Assembly (NCBI GenBank): GCA_964106915.2
Contig: OZ066914.1
Source: Podarcis gaigeae
Lineage: Eukaryota
Strand: one strand, 5' to 3'
DNA length: 64,000 nt
This document shows, piece after piece, positions 62,102 through 64,000 of this stretch. How positions within the stretch are numbered: the first letter of the stretch is position 1; every line of letters starts with the position of its first letter. The position numbers and the translations under genes were made by a program. The notes below the pieces were generated by a model. The model saw only the letters and a program-made list of their open reading frames with translations, ran no database searches and was not told where the DNA came from.

Positions 62102-64000
62102 CTAAAGAGAGAGAAAAATAAATCTACCAGACAATCAGTTGCAATTACAAAAACTACTTTTTGTATTTTTAAAAACAGTCAGGACCCTTGAACTACAAAA
62201 GTTTGTATTACTATACCTGAAATATATATTTTTTGAAATGTGGGGCCTATGTTCTTCATCACTATAATCTGTGGGGGGGGGGTTGTTTAAACTATATACA
62301 CTGCACTTTCCTCCTTTTTTGAAAAATAGAAAAATTGAAATCCTATATAATCTTTGTGTCTAGAAAATAAAAATAATATGAGTTGTAAGTAGTGGTTTGT
62401 TTTGAGGGGAGAGGAAATTGGAAGATACTGCTCCTTATTGCCTTTCCTATATCCTATTATAAGCATTCATTTCAAAATAAAACAGTTTTACTCTTATTTT
62501 TCCTTTGATTTATAATACTGTATATGTTATACAATAATACTGCTTGAATGCTTACATATATAGTGCATAATTTGTTCCTGCAAGGTGTTCGCATTTTTTC
62601 TTGTACCCCTCTTTTGTCCGCAAGGTATTTCACAAATAAAATATCTGCAGATCCACTATTTTCATGGTTTGTTCATTTTTAATTTTTTTCCCCATTCACC
62701 ATCTCAAACACATCCGTTATTAAGGCAATGAATGTGCACTGTATCCAGAATAAGACCCTTTAAAGGCTTTCATTTTATGGAGAATAAGTGGCATCCTTTT
62801 TAGTTTTCAAATGGAAAACTTAGGATGTAAGCTAAACCAGTTACTTGAAATCACTTTTTTCGGACTTTAATCTTCCAGAATTAATGTTGGTATAAATGTT
62901 GCCTAACACCCGCCCTTCCAATGGAGCTTCAGCTCCGTCAAACTGTTGCAATTCACATGCTCCTCCCTGATTTCGAAGGTGATCTCAAAGGTAGTGAGAA
63001 CGAAGGAAACAGTTGGACATAACACTAACTAGGAAACACTTCCCATCAGTTTTTTGTTTCTACTTTTGCTGTGTATACTTTGGGCTAGTTATTAGCATTT
63101 TATATATAAAAACTATTTCCTGCCTAATTTTATTTTGTATCTTTAACTCGTCCTATGAAGAAAAAACCAGAATGAACTGAATGAGTAGTGCTCACAGATT
63201 TTGTACAATATCTCAGGCGGGGGTGTTTAATAGGAAAATTGTAACCCTTGAAAATTGATTCAATATGTATCCCTTGATTCAAAAAACAAACCAACACAAT
63301 TTCTGTAACAACCTGTTGGTCTACAAAAACCTATCTATTGGCACAAAACAAGCATAGGCTCCAATAATGCACTCCCCCCCCCCGATTTATATTATTGTAT
63401 ACAGCAGAAATTTGGGGTACAGCCATTTCCTAGAAGCAGCAGACTAAGAATAACTGAAAATGCCTTTTGAAGATTATAGCATGGTGCTCAAAGAGCCTGA
63501 TGTTTTACAAAAACCTCTTTGCTTGGGACTCCTACTAACACTTTTCAGGCTTCTTAAAAACATAGAGGATTTTGAAAATCTGCTTTAATACCTACAAAGT
63601 ATTTTGTTTTCCCCATCTTAAGTCTGTGAGAGTACCTGCATTGGTTTCACTTTTGCTCCTGCCACTTTTGTCCTTGTTCCTTAATGGCCCAGAGTCTCTT
63701 AGGGCTTTGTGGGGTGGGGTGGGGTAGGGTGTTCACCTACTCTTACAGGTGCACACTTTAAAAATAAATTATTCTAAAGATATAAATGATGCTGATACAT
63801 GTATATAATGACATTTTATTGGCCGCTCACTAATATAGTTAACTGGGTAGCTCACAAATATGAAACAATAAAATACAATATGTAAAATAGCATAAAAAGA
63901 ATCAGAGCATTAAAAATCCAGTTTTTAAGAAAACATAATTTTGGGGATGAGATGAGCTTAAAGAAATTGAAAGAATAATTACGTCATGTAAATCTAAAGC

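Noticed and set aside
38700-64000. miR-129-2 hairpin or TTC17 coding exons expected from human synteny
   Set aside because: I could not find the miR-129 mature sequences on either strand or any TTC17-like peptide; probably beyond the right edge.

Overview
Eukaryotic vertebrate DNA. The repeat complement (Sauria-type SINEs, BovB-like RTE, L2, CR1, DIRS, Penelope-like fragment, hAT and Tc1/mariner-type MITEs) points to a squamate reptile, probably a lacertid lizard (inference). The only host protein gene I can support is HSD17B12 (very-long-chain 3-oxoacyl-CoA reductase, SDR family) on the minus strand. It has a CpG-island promoter at ~37.6-38.6 kb and coding exons 1-5 at 38141-37970, 16536-16490, 14812-14737, 8162-8052 and 4358-4294; the remaining exons lie beyond the left edge. 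Introns and the upstream region are packed with transposon relics, many with readable target-site duplications (TSDs) and nesting. The last ~6.4 kb has no repeat I can recognise and contains a CpG-rich patch and a minus-strand exon-like segment that is closed in all three frames. Most interesting observations: a minimal hammerhead ribozyme motif in a Penelope-like fragment (49052-49088); a 1.1-kb ORF-less poly(A) retroposon with a 16-bp TSD (35028-36153); the candidate non-coding exon (62025-62101); an L2 LINE with no visible ORF1; a LINE+SINE pair stacked in one target site; and a DIRS relic bracketed by an inverted 45-bp CR1 copy. I see no convincing new multi-gene system. Most ORFs in the track are chance or transposon-derived.
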